Shown: piece by piece, positions 55,955-64,000 of the stretch
Position numbering within the stretch: the stretch's first letter is position 1
How the letters are laid out: each line of letters starts with the position of its first letter
Source: Bacillota bacterium
Lineage (GTDB): Bacteria; Bacillota; Clostridia; TANB77; UBA1234
Length of the DNA: 64,000 bases
Direction: 5' to 3'
Assembly (NCBI GenBank): GCA_016280725.1
Contig: JAEEHF010000049.1
Location: forward strand, 5,542 to 69,541
Position numbers and translations under genes: made by a program
Notes under the pieces: generated by a model
Told to the model about the DNA's origin: nothing
Databases searched by the model: none
The model's input: the letters and a program-made list of their open reading frames with translations, nothing else

Positions 55955-57867
55955 ACATCCTCCCACTTAACAGTTATTCGCAAATAATTAATTTCTTCCC
56001 AATCAACATATGAATACTCTACATATGTATTTCTTTTACCAATTGCATCTCTAATAACATCAAATATTTTTTTGTTTGTAAAAAACTCTTCAATAAATCT
56101 GCTGTATGCGTCACTATTTCCAAACTTTATTTCTATTGCTTTTTGAGGATTTTTCCTAATTGTATCTTTTAAATAATTAGTAATCTTGTTTGTATCGAAA
56201 TAGTCAAAATATGCTCCTATATTTCTAAAATAATTATAAGAATCATCATAGCATGTTGGAAACGATAAATTTAGCTGAATCAGTTTATCGCTTTTCATTC
56301 TAAAGCCATTATCTGGAAAATGATTGACTAAAAAATCTTTATCCGAAACAAGAAAATAATTATAATTGGCAAAACTTTCCTCTTGATTGTCATCCAAGCA
56401 TATCTTTCCATCGCCCCATGTAGAATCTACCCAGTAGTACTTATCATATAATTTAACAAGATTCCACGCATGGTAGTTATCTTCTATTCTATCTGTATTT
56501 CCAGTTACCACAGCACATTCAATTCCCATTTTTTCACACAGATATTTAAATGCTTTAGCATACCCTCCGCAAACAGCCTTTCCATATAATATTGCGCCGT
56601 AAGCATCTTGCTCAGTAGTTGTTCTTTCATATGTCGTATTGTCGATTATCCATTCAAAAATCTTTTTAATCTTATCATAATCAGATCCTGTTATACCGTT
56701 TACAATTTGCGTTGCTTTTGCATCTAATTTATCAACAATATCCTTTGCATTGCTTGGAATAGAAAAAGAAACACTAGTTACTTTTCCAAACTTATTGTAC
56801 GTATATGACACATTAGTTCTAATCCAAAAAAACTGAGAGAAATCTCCTCGCAAAGCATTTAGTGCCACCTGCATATCACTTATTTCAAATTGATCAAGCT
56901 GAGCTACAGTTTCCAATTTGTAACAAGCCTTTTTCATTTCGTCATATATCTTTTTTTGCGTGTTATTAAGCGCTTTATAATAAAAATCTCCTTCTGTTTT
57001 TAGCGTCAATGCAGGATATCTATAATCATTATCAATTGGCTTAGCAGTTTCCGTTGGAACTATCCTAATATCTTCTCTACCAATTGATGGATTGTAATTG
57101 CATTCTATACAATAGCCATATTCAAAACTATGTGGTCTTTGCTCATTATGCGCCGGATTTAGTAAACAATAACGAATATGCATTTCACTCGAATACGCAA
57201 ACCATGAAGACCACTTATGCGTGTGCAAATCATTAGATACTACTTCAACTTTTTTATTATTTTTAAATGTAGTTGCGTTTTCTATTAATTGGCATACTTC
57301 TGCACGAGTAAGGCTTCCTTTTGGATTGAAGGTTCCATCCGCATTTCCTCTAACCAAATTATTTTCAACAGCAATTGCGACATACTTTTCTCTATTTGAT
57401 GAAATATCATATCTATCAGAGAATTTAGATAAAGAAGAATATGAATATTCTTCTTTTTCTAAATCAAGAGAATAAACAATTGCCATGATTACGTCTTCTC
57501 TTACCGCTTTTCTATCAGGGAAAAAGAATAGCTTACTTCCCATTGAATAATGGTCCATATAACTACTTGCAACATTGATATAATTCTGTGCCCAATGGCT
57601 TTTTGAAACATCCTCAAACTTTAAGTTACTCTTTTCAAAGAGATTAAAAGATATAGTAAGAATCTTTGCAAATTCAGCTCTAGTAATGCTATTGTTAGGA
57701 AGGAATGTTCCATCTGGATAGCCAGAAACAATTCCCTTGTTAGACATCATGGTTATTACAGAATATGCCCAATGATTACTCGGAACGTCATAAAATAATA
57801 CAGCAAGCGATGTATTTACCATAACAAAAAGTATCAAAATCAAACATACACCATAGATTTTTTTCAT
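55951..57867 (-). CDS. SLH-anchored transglutaminase-like (Cys-His-Asp protease fold) protein
   Basis: Signal peptide and SLH repeats (FYDVPSNHWAYSVITMMSNKGIVSGYPDGTFLP ...). One H/C mini-module (HTHKW...HSFEYGYCIECN). Transglutaminase core GKAVCGGYAKAF ... YHAWNLV ... WVDSTW. The start is at ATG 57867 with a GAGGGTGA RBS. Confidence 0.8.
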   Translation of the reverse strand: MKKIYGVCLILILFVMVNTSLAVLFYDVPSNHWAYSVITMMSNKGIVSGYPDGTFLPNNSITRAEFAKILTISFNLFEKSNLKFEDVSKSHWAQNYINVASSYMDHYSMGSKLFFFPDRKAVREDVIMAIVYSLDLEKEEYSYSSLSKFSDRYDISSNREKYVAIAVENNLVRGNADGTFNPKGSLTRAEVCQLIENATTFKNNKKVEVVSNDLHTHKWSSWFAYSSEMHIRYCLLNPAHNEQRPHSFEYGYCIECNYNPSIGREDIRIVPTETAKPIDNDYRYPALTLKTEGDFYYKALNNTQKKIYDEMKKACYKLETVAQLDQFEISDMQVALNALRGDFSQFFWIRTNVSYTYNKFGKVTSVSFSIPSNAKDIVDKLDAKATQIVNGITGSDYDKIKKIFEWIIDNTTYERTTTEQDAYGAILYGKAVCGGYAKAFKYLCEKMGIECAVVTGNTDRIEDNYHAWNLVKLYDKYYWVDSTWGDGKICLDDNQEESFANYNYFLVSDKDFLVNHFPDNGFRMKSDKLIQLNLSFPTCYDDSYNYFRNIGAYFDYFDTNKITNYLKDTIRKNPQKAIEIKFGNSDAYSRFIEEFFTNKKIFDVIRDAIGKRNTYVEYSYVDWEEINYLRITVKWEDV

Positions 57868-57894
57868 CAGTATCACCCTCAAACAAGTAGGCTT

Positions 57895-59040
57895 TTAGCC
57901 AATCGTAATAAATGACGATATTGCCATAACAATCATTGCTATGCTCGCAAAGGCAATAAGCAATTTGCTTTTTCCTAAGTTTCCTAAAAGTAAATTTTTA
58001 TCAGTATTTTTTGTTAAATTATAGTATGCTGGAATAATCATAATTCCTAGTGCAATCGATAATAATCCCGCGCCAGTTTGAACATATCTTAAAACTGATA
58101 ACGGAAAGAAAATTGCAACTAGTATAGTAGGTATTGTCCCTGATATCCATGCCAACTTATCTGAAATCTTAAACTGTTCCTTTATCATGTCTGTAAATGC
58201 TCTTCCTACCGACCAAAAAGAACTAAGAACGGCGAGAAGAACTAGCGCCGAACATAATATTTTTACCCATGCTACACCATAAGAATTTGCAATTCCAATA
58301 GTCGCAACCTCTGTTATTTCTTTAGAACCAACAATCGCAGCAAAAGCAAATAAAAGAGTAACCATGGCATTAATTGCGAGACCACACAAAATTGAACTCT
58401 TTATTTTTTCTGTTTTTTCTATATTATTTGCGACTTGAACAACTGAAAAAAATGATGAAAAAGCAAACATAAACAAACCATACACCGCCGTCACAATACG
58501 TGGTTCTCCAAACGAGAAGATAATCATTCTTTCTGGTTTAACTATTGCAATAGTTGTTAAAATAAGTACTGTGATTAGAATCATACTAACCGAATACTTT
58601 TCGCTTTTACCAATTCCCTTTACACCTAAAAGTATAACTCCAGATGCTACAAAATAAAAAATCGCTTTGGCAAGTAGTTCTGACAATCCGAACATTTCTG
58701 TTATAATTTCAGAAGCACATATAATATATATAATTAAGTTCTGGAGAAGAATTATAGATATCATTATAAAGAAAATTGCACTTAATAATTTTTTTAATTT
58801 TCCCTTTGCCAAATGGTTTTTAACTACTCCAAGCATTTCTGTAGCACCATCTGATTTAAGTGTCAATTCTGCTATATATAGGTTAATAATTGCTGTAACA
58901 ATATATGCTACTGCCAAAGCACAGAGTGTTCCAAAAGCACCAATATGTTTTATTGCGTATGGCAAGGTTAATAAACCAGTGCCAATTCCAGCTCCAGCAA
59001 TTAGCATAGCTGCCTCAGTAAAAGAAAGCTTTTTTTCCAT
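57895..59040 (-). CDS. Amino acid permease (aromatic/hydroxy amino acid permease-like)
   Basis: 381 aa with about 11 TM helices and N-terminus FTEAAMLIAGAGIGTGLLTLPYA, typical of the Trp/Tyr/Ser permease family. Confidence 0.6.
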   Translation of the reverse strand: MEKKLSFTEAAMLIAGAGIGTGLLTLPYAIKHIGAFGTLCALAVAYIVTAIINLYIAELTLKSDGATEMLGVVKNHLAKGKLKKLLSAIFFIMISIILLQNLIIYIICASEIITEMFGLSELLAKAIFYFVASGVILLGVKGIGKSEKYSVSMILITVLILTTIAIVKPERMIIFSFGEPRIVTAVYGLFMFAFSSFFSVVQVANNIEKTEKIKSSILCGLAINAMVTLLFAFAAIVGSKEITEVATIGIANSYGVAWVKILCSALVLLAVLSSFWSVGRAFTDMIKEQFKISDKLAWISGTIPTILVAIFFPLSVLRYVQTGAGLLSIALGIMIIPAYYNLTKNTDKNLLLGNLGKSKLLIAFASIAMIVMAISSFITIG

Positions 59041-59069
59041 GCTATTCCCCCATTTTTAATCTAATTGTT

Positions 59070-59906
59070 CTATTTGTTACTACAACTAAAATTAATTAAG
59101 ATCCCCTGGTCTTCATAACCTGCATTTATATATGCTTTGTTGGATGGGGTGTAATTATAATCTGTATACAATAAAGGAACTAGTCCTTTTTCAAGCAAAT
59201 CATTTGTCAATAAATAGATTAGATTAGCAGCATATCCCTTTTTTCTTTCTTCAGGAGGAGTATAAACGTGGTTTAATCTAGCCTGATTTCCCACCACCCC
59301 ATAATTAACCATACAAACGATTTTACCGCCTTGGTTTCTAAGAACGTAGAAATTATCACCATTAATAAAACCATCCACATCTTTTTGCGCTTGCTCCATT
59401 GTTATTGGCTCTACTCCATTCATTTCCATGCTATCATCATACCAATATTTAGTTAGAACTTCTCTATCTTTTTCCTGTGCTTTTGATAAAATTCCATCAC
59501 ATTGTTTTGGCTTTACTGTTTGATGGCATATTAAAAATCCCATTTCAAAATAGTCATCTTTATTTATGTATTTAAAACCTCTAGCAACAAGCATGTCATA
59601 TAAATCTTTTTTGCATGTAAACTTATCCTTTTCGCTATCAGTTAAATACTGCTTCATAAGTTGCTCAATTTCTACTATGCATGAGGTGTCGAAACCATCC
59701 TTTGTCCATATCCAAGTAGGATACTCCTTTTTTCCTCTACAAATAATATAGTTCTCCTCATCACTATATAATTCTAGTTCTGGACTTGATAGATTTTTAA
59801 TAATAAGGTTGAACTTATATTTGTCCCTTTGAAATTCTTCACAGTTTAGTATTTTATTATCAGGTTTAATTTCTTTATACATATTAGGTAACTTCCTCTC
59901 TAACAT
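59070..59906 (-). CDS. GNAT-family N-acetyltransferase
   Basis: The C-terminal domain has an acetyl-CoA binding motif region (VYTPPEERKKGYAANLIYLL). Confidence 0.65.
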   Translation of the reverse strand: MLERKLPNMYKEIKPDNKILNCEEFQRDKYKFNLIIKNLSSPELELYSDEENYIICRGKKEYPTWIWTKDGFDTSCIVEIEQLMKQYLTDSEKDKFTCKKDLYDMLVARGFKYINKDDYFEMGFLICHQTVKPKQCDGILSKAQEKDREVLTKYWYDDSMEMNGVEPITMEQAQKDVDGFINGDNFYVLRNQGGKIVCMVNYGVVGNQARLNHVYTPPEERKKGYAANLIYLLTNDLLEKGLVPLLYTDYNYTPSNKAYINAGYEDQGILINFSCSNK

Positions 59907-60081
59907 TTCACATATTCTTTATATGCAAAATAACCTTGATACATCGATATATTATACTCTAAAAATAATCTTTTTAGATATTATTATCAATTATATTATA
60001 GTACGCTACTCTTTTCAATTTTCTAAAATACATATATTATGCCAAATATATAATTTACATTTTATTATTGAATAAATTTTT

Positions 60082-60113
60082 AAAGCCGCTTTTGCAAATA
60101 AGCAAAAGCGGCT
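60082..60113 (-). terminator. Terminator hairpin after the yhhN-like gene
   Basis: AGCCGCTTTTGC-aaataa-GCAAAAGCGGCT. The tail on the minus strand is A/U-rich. Confidence 0.6.
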
Positions 60114-60117
60114 ATTT

Positions 60118-60750
60118 TCATGCCATAATGATAAGAATAATTTGACCTATCGGATAAAGCCACCAAACAAGTTCTCTCGCAGTTTTTGATTTTAAACCAG
60201 TAAGCTGTTCAAGTCCGATAATCACATCTGATGCCAAAAATGATAATCCTCCGAGTGCAACAATACTTTCTATTGACTTAATTGAGACAGCATACGAGAT
60301 AACCACCATATAATTAACACTCGTAAGCCACAAATAAATCGTTGCGAATATAAAAAGCTTTGACCGTCTCATTTCTTTTGCTTTAACCAAAAAGTATATC
60401 GTTATAACAATCATCATAACAAAGACTATTAAGGCTCCAACGTTAAAAAATGAGATTCCTTTTATAGATGCTTTTATGATATAAGAAATACAATAGAATA
60501 TGTGAGCAGCTACAAAACTTACTCCTCCAACCAAGAACCACTCGAAAGGTCTTTCACTTGGACTTGTTGAATAATTCAAAGCAAAATCTCCAATAAAAGA
60601 AAACATCATTGCATAAAAGCAAAACATTCTATCACGCGTACCAAATATAATAAAAAAAGCAAACGATAATAGCACCAATAAAAAGCTCAATGTAATTTTG
60701 CCAGGTACATATTTCCCCAAAATCGGAAATTTATCAAACCACCGGTTCAT
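60118..60750 (-). CDS. YhhN-family (lysoplasmalogenase-like) membrane protein
   Basis: About 7 TM helices and an FSFIGDFALNY motif. The start is at MNRWFDKFP (ATG 60750) with an AAGGAGGA RBS. Confidence 0.65.
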   Translation of the reverse strand: MNRWFDKFPILGKYVPGKITLSFLLVLLSFAFFIIFGTRDRMFCFYAMMFSFIGDFALNYSTSPSERPFEWFLVGGVSFVAAHIFYCISYIIKASIKGISFFNVGALIVFVMMIVITIYFLVKAKEMRRSKLFIFATIYLWLTSVNYMVVISYAVSIKSIESIVALGGLSFLASDVIIGLEQLTGLKSKTARELVWWLYPIGQIILIIMA

Positions 60751-60758
60751 ACTATTAT

Positions 60759-60842
60759 CCTCCTTATCACTAATAAATCGTAAGGGGATGAAAAGCAAAT
60801 AACTCGCCTACATTATACGAAATGAATCAACAGATAGCAAGC
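60759..60842 (-). promoter_or_regulatory. Promoter (TTGCTA-17-TATAAT) plus conserved leader, copy 1
   Basis: -35 at 60835-60840 and -10 at 60812-60817. The leader contains AUCCCCUUA, complementary to the SD UAAGGAGGAU. It aligns without gaps to 62009-62093. Confidence 0.65.
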
Positions 60843-60878
60843 TAAAGTCTTTAAATTTTATCATAGAGCATATGAAAG

Positions 60879-61361
60879 TTGACAATGGATGATGATGGAC
60901 TAGCATATATATTAGGAGAATCCTATTGCAATCAAGATGATTTTGAAGAAATGGAAGATATTGTCACTTGTGGTCAGCGAATCGTTGTGACACCAGAGAT
61001 AAAGAGTTGCCTAATTAAAAATGGATTTTTAGGTGCACTTCCTATGATTTATCCTGAACTTAAAGAAAATAGTGCATATCAATTTATTGCCAAGGCAGCT
61101 TTAACTCTTGAAACACTTGAAGAAAGGTTAGGAAAAAGCTTCTATGATGAATTGCCTGCACAACTTGATAGCATGATTAGAACTTGCTCAAATGATGAAG
61201 ATAAAAATGTGCTTGAAGCAGTTAAAAGCTATTATGACAAATGTGGACTTAAAATAAAAAGTTACTTGGAACAAAAAGATCGTTATGCATCACAAAATTC
61301 AGTGCAAGCGCCTAAGATTGATAATAGTCCTACTTCAAAAGCTGAAATAGACAGAGATTAA
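60879..61361 (+). CDS. Hypothetical acidic soluble protein
   Basis: 160-aa ORF (the ATG at 60885 is the more likely start) followed by a terminator. No motif was recognised and the RBS is weak. Confidence 0.5.
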   Translation: MTMDDDGLAYILGESYCNQDDFEEMEDIVTCGQRIVVTPEIKSCLIKNGFLGALPMIYPELKENSAYQFIAKAALTLETLEERLGKSFYDELPAQLDSMIRTCSNDEDKNVLEAVKSYYDKCGLKIKSYLEQKDRYASQNSVQAPKIDNSPTSKAEIDRD

Positions 61362-61364
61362 TTA

Positions 61365-61397
61365 CAAAATCCGATGACATTTTTAGTCATCGGATTT
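61365..61397. terminator. Bidirectional intrinsic terminator
   Basis: AAAATCCGATGAC-attttta-GTCATCGGATTTT, between convergent genes. Confidence 0.8.
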
Positions 61398-61422
61398 TTA
61401 TTATATTCCATAAAGCATTTAT

Positions 61423-61983
61423 TTACCTTCCAATATCGGGCTCTTTAGCTTCTCTGAAAAACCTTCTTTCTGCAGACGCTGTACTAGGTTCCTTACTTTT
61501 AAATCCACTTGCTTGAAAATAAAATGCAGGGCAACTAAAATGTCCTTTTTCATCAATTACCAAGCTGAATGTGCAATCTTTCTTAGGAACATGAGTAATG
61601 TCTTCTTCAAAAAACTCATCCACTTCTGTAATTGACATCTGGCCGGCAGAACCATTAGGAGAATAATTGGTCATAAGCGCTATTTCAAAAAATCTGCCAT
61701 CTCTTTCGCAACATATTATGTCCCTGCTAAGTTCTTTCCTTTCTGGACCTCTTCCTCTATAAATTGTGCCTTCATATTTTTCTTGCCTTAATCCCAAAAG
61801 GTTATAAGTTACATTTCGACGAACTCTTGGTCCACAAGTCATCATTAGTTCCCTAAAATTAGAGCACATGTTTTTATAAACAAATCCACCAATTTCAACT
61901 CTGTTAAGAAAATCATTTTCAGACATTCTTTCACTAGATTGTGCGGTCTGAATTTCTTTTTCAATGTTTATCGTATCATACAT
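61423..61983 (-). CDS. Hypothetical soluble protein (186 aa)
   Basis: ORF with an AAGAGGAA RBS. No motif was recognised. It is preceded by copy 2 of the shared promoter/leader. Confidence 0.6.
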   Translation of the reverse strand: MYDTINIEKEIQTAQSSERMSENDFLNRVEIGGFVYKNMCSNFRELMMTCGPRVRRNVTYNLLGLRQEKYEGTIYRGRGPERKELSRDIICCERDGRFFEIALMTNYSPNGSAGQMSITEVDEFFEEDITHVPKKDCTFSLVIDEKGHFSCPAFYFQASGFKSKEPSTASAERRFFREAKEPDIGR

Positions 61984-62008
61984 AACAATTCCTCTTTTCT
62001 TTCAAAAA

Positions 62009-62093
62009 TCCTCCTTATTATTAGTAAGTTGTAAGGGGATGAGAAACATATAATTCGCCTTCATTATACGAAATGAATTATAAATTGGCAAGC
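62009..62093 (-). promoter_or_regulatory. Promoter (TTGCCA-17-TATAAT) plus conserved leader, copy 2
   Basis: -35 at 62086-62091 and -10 at 62063-62068. It has the same AUCCCCUUA / UAAGGAGGAU hairpin, here followed by UUUUUG. Confidence 0.65.
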
Positions 62094-62117
62094 ATAGAAT
62101 ACTAATCTCACGATAAT

Positions 62118-64000
62118 CTAATAAAAACTACTTACCTCAATAAGCCCCAAAGTATCAGAATCTTTCGGAAGAGCTCCAGAAACTTTATATATTTTTTCAG
62201 GCCATTTTCCATCAGATATCTTCGTTTCTGCTTCTGCGGTAGTTATTCTATTGGTATATCTATGGAAATAATGTACTTTAAATCCATGATCTCCGCATAT
62301 TTTGCAAGAAACAATAAATGTATGATCTTCTTCGACTGATCTAGCTGGATTATCACTTGGATAATCATTAACTGTTCCATCACACATCCCCTTAACCCTA
62401 TAATATAATCGGCAATTTCCGCACTGCTTAATGCAATCATGGGATGCACCTTTTTCTTCCACAAAACTTCCTGTTCTAAATCCTTGTTTAACCTTAATCT
62501 CTTGATATTTATATATAAAGCCATCTCCAAAGCTATCGCTACATTTTCCGCTATCATCAAAGAAAAATGAACTACACTGCCTACATATACTTGGACGTGA
62601 GTGATATCCTATCTTAACCTTGCTAGGCTTATGTTCATTGATATCTGTTTGGTTTACTATATGGTCCAAATAATAGTATTCTCCATCTAGTCTTAAGTTT
62701 GTAAGAGTTGAATCCATTTTAATTGTTGAAATTCCAGCAGTTTCCGTAGGATGATCTAGATTGCCAGACCAGCTACATGCACTACATGTTGCTTTATGCT
62801 TACTTTTAGCTTCATCTGTTGTAAGTCTTGAATAGTTCAAAAATGTAATATTAGTACCCGCAACTTTCTCTGAATTATGATTAACAACTTTATTTCTTCT
62901 TCCAGGGCCTGAACACTTTGAGCACATTAAAATAGTGAAGTGACCAAATTTAGGTGATTTTTCATCGTTAGTAGTATAATAATAGAACCCTCCACTGCCT
63001 TTTTTAATTTCATCAGATGCATAATCACCATTATAATATTTTTCAGCGACTATATAATCCTCACAGCTTTCCTCTATTGTCACGTTCTTTTCTGGACATA
63101 CACTACAATTTCCCGTAATTCTGTGTTTACCAAAAATAAATGTATTTCCAGCGCTTTCTCCTAACATAAAACCACTTGGTACTTTTTCCTTAATATCTTC
63201 TTCTAGTATTACATGCTTATTTTTATCTACTTTGCCATCATCCTTTTCATCAAAATCAATCCCACATACATTACATATTTTATATGTTATTGCACCATGC
63301 ATACAATTAGCTGGCTTAGGCTCAGTAGGCTCACTAAACATTTTAGACTCTCTCAAATCATGACTTGCAGGACAGTATGCACAAGTATGAATTAATTGCT
63401 CCTTTTCATTTGGTATAAATGAATGCTTTTCAATTGTACCTTCTTCTTCAATTAGCTCCGTTTTACAAGCATTACATTTTTTTATTTTTAAGTGATACTC
63501 TCTCAAATTTCCTTGTGTAATTTCAGCCTTAGATTCACTAGGCATAAATTCCAAATAATTTGCATTATCATCTGCTTTATAGTAAACAAAGCCAAAATCT
63601 TCATGTTTACATTCATATCCACAAAATACGCACAATTTATTTTTAAAATTATGTTTTGATGCTGCTGCCTGTCTTGTTATTTTAACTTTACAATTCTTAC
63701 ACGCTAACCATACCTCATGTGAGTATCTATTACCAACATCAACATACACGCTCTCTCTACTTGAATGTGGACACTTATATTCGCAATATGTACACGTTCC
63801 TCCAACAAAATTATGTTTAGAAGCTGCTGATTGCCTTGTAAATCTTACTTTACAGTTCATACATGCTAACCATACTTCATGTGAATTTCTATTGCCTGTA
63901 TTTACGTATACACTCCCTTTGCTAGTATGTTTGCAATCATATTTACATATAGAACATGTTCTGTTTCTAAATGAATGATTTATTTTAACCGGATCTTCAT
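62118..64000 (-). CDS. Large Cys/His-rich repeat protein, C-terminal part (the reading frame stays open to the right edge of the window)
   Basis: I translated upstream of the track's Met at 63860 and the frame stays open (...NHSFRNRTCSICKYDCKHTSKGSVYVNTGNRNSHEVWLAC-MNCKV...). There are 8 or more H-x-[FIT]...C-x2-C modules, and the N-terminal ones form 54-aa tandem repeats. Confidence 0.75.
   Translation of the reverse strand, partial: EDPVKINHSFRNRTCSICKYDCKHTSKGSVYVNTGNRNSHEVWLACMNCKVRFTRQSAASKHNFVGGTCTYCEYKCPHSSRESVYVDVGNRYSHEVWLACKNCKVKITRQAAASKHNFKNKLCVFCGYECKHEDFGFVYYKADDNANYLEFMPSESKAEITQGNLREYHLKIKKCNACKTELIEEEGTIEKHSFIPNEKEQLIHTCAYCPASHDLRESKMFSEPTEPKPANCMHGAITYKICNVCGIDFDEKDDGKVDKNKHVILEEDIKEKVPSGFMLGESAGNTFIFGKHRITGNCSVCPEKNVTIEESCEDYIVAEKYYNGDYASDEIKKGSGGFYYYTTNDEKSPKFGHFTILMCSKCSGPGRRNKVVNHNSEKVAGTNITFLNYSRLTTDEAKSKHKATCSACSWSGNLDHPTETAGISTIKMDSTLTNLRLDGEYYYLDHIVNQTDINEHKPSKVKIGYHSRPSICRQCSSFFFDDSGKCSDSFGDGFIYKYQEIKVKQGFRTGSFVEEKGASHDCIKQCGNCRLYYRVKGMCDGTVNDYPSDNPARSVEEDHTFIVSCKICGDHGFKVHYFHRYTNRITTAEAETKISDGKWPEKIYKVSGALPKDSDTLGLIEVSSFY
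63600..64000. repeat. Intragenic 162-bp (54-aa) tandem repeat, 2.5 or more copies, continuing off the window
   Basis: GCTAACCATAC(C/T)TCATGTGA recurs at 63703 and 63865, an exact 162-nt period. The flanking sequence is collinear. Confidence 0.8.

Noticed and set aside
62055-62075. The sequence TTCGTATAATGAAGG resembles the start of a purine riboswitch (CGTATAAT...).
   Set aside because: The rest of the purine aptamer (the P2/P3 loops, and the conserved junction U and C residues around CCGG and GACTATG) is absent. The TATAAT is better explained as a -10 box placed exactly 17 nt from a TTGCCA -35.
46000-64000. The accessory-looking right third was considered as a prophage, genomic island or defence island.
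   Set aside because: No integrase, transposase, tRNA attachment site, phage structural genes, nucleases or NTPase/defence-type domains were recognised. The content is surface proteins, a permease, an acetyltransferase and hypothetical genes.

Overview
AT-rich, Firmicutes/Clostridia-like chromosomal window. About 55 of roughly 60 genes are on the minus strand, and most are conserved housekeeping and cell-envelope operons. In order these are ruvB-lgt-proS-M16 peptidase pair, CIRCE-controlled hsp20, vanW-cobW, holB-ricT-ferredoxin-rsmI, lepB, a WalRK-like two-component pair with an M23 peptidase, a large SLH (S-layer-like) protein, LCP-ddl-DUF1934, a znuABC-like transporter, rsmB-rlmN-prpC-prkC-rsgA-rpe, and ftsEX with an EnvC-like M23 protein. 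No rRNA, tRNA, CRISPR array, transposase, integrase or recognisable defence genes were seen. The right third (about 46-64 kb) looks accessory and surface-oriented. It holds a 894-aa protein with a pilin-like N-terminus, a translationally coupled pair of SLH-anchored proteins (transglutaminase-like protease fold plus an inhibitory-type serpin), and a large Cys/His-rich repeat protein that runs off the window. The points most worth a second look are: (1) two fused wall-polymer linkage-unit enzymes (TagO-MnaA and TagA-GT-C) diverging from a 29-bp-arm perfect palindrome; (2) two families of GC-rich dispersed hairpin repeats, one bracketing ddl in inverted orientation and one tandem upstream of znuA and palindromic at the tagO/tagA divergon; (3) an 86-nt promoter-plus-leader module duplicated in front of two unrelated genes, with a conserved SD-sequestering hairpin; (4) the SLH protease-fold/serpin pair; (5) a short His...CxxC module shared by three otherwise unrelated predicted surface proteins. 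All functional calls rest on motif recognition by eye; no database search was possible.
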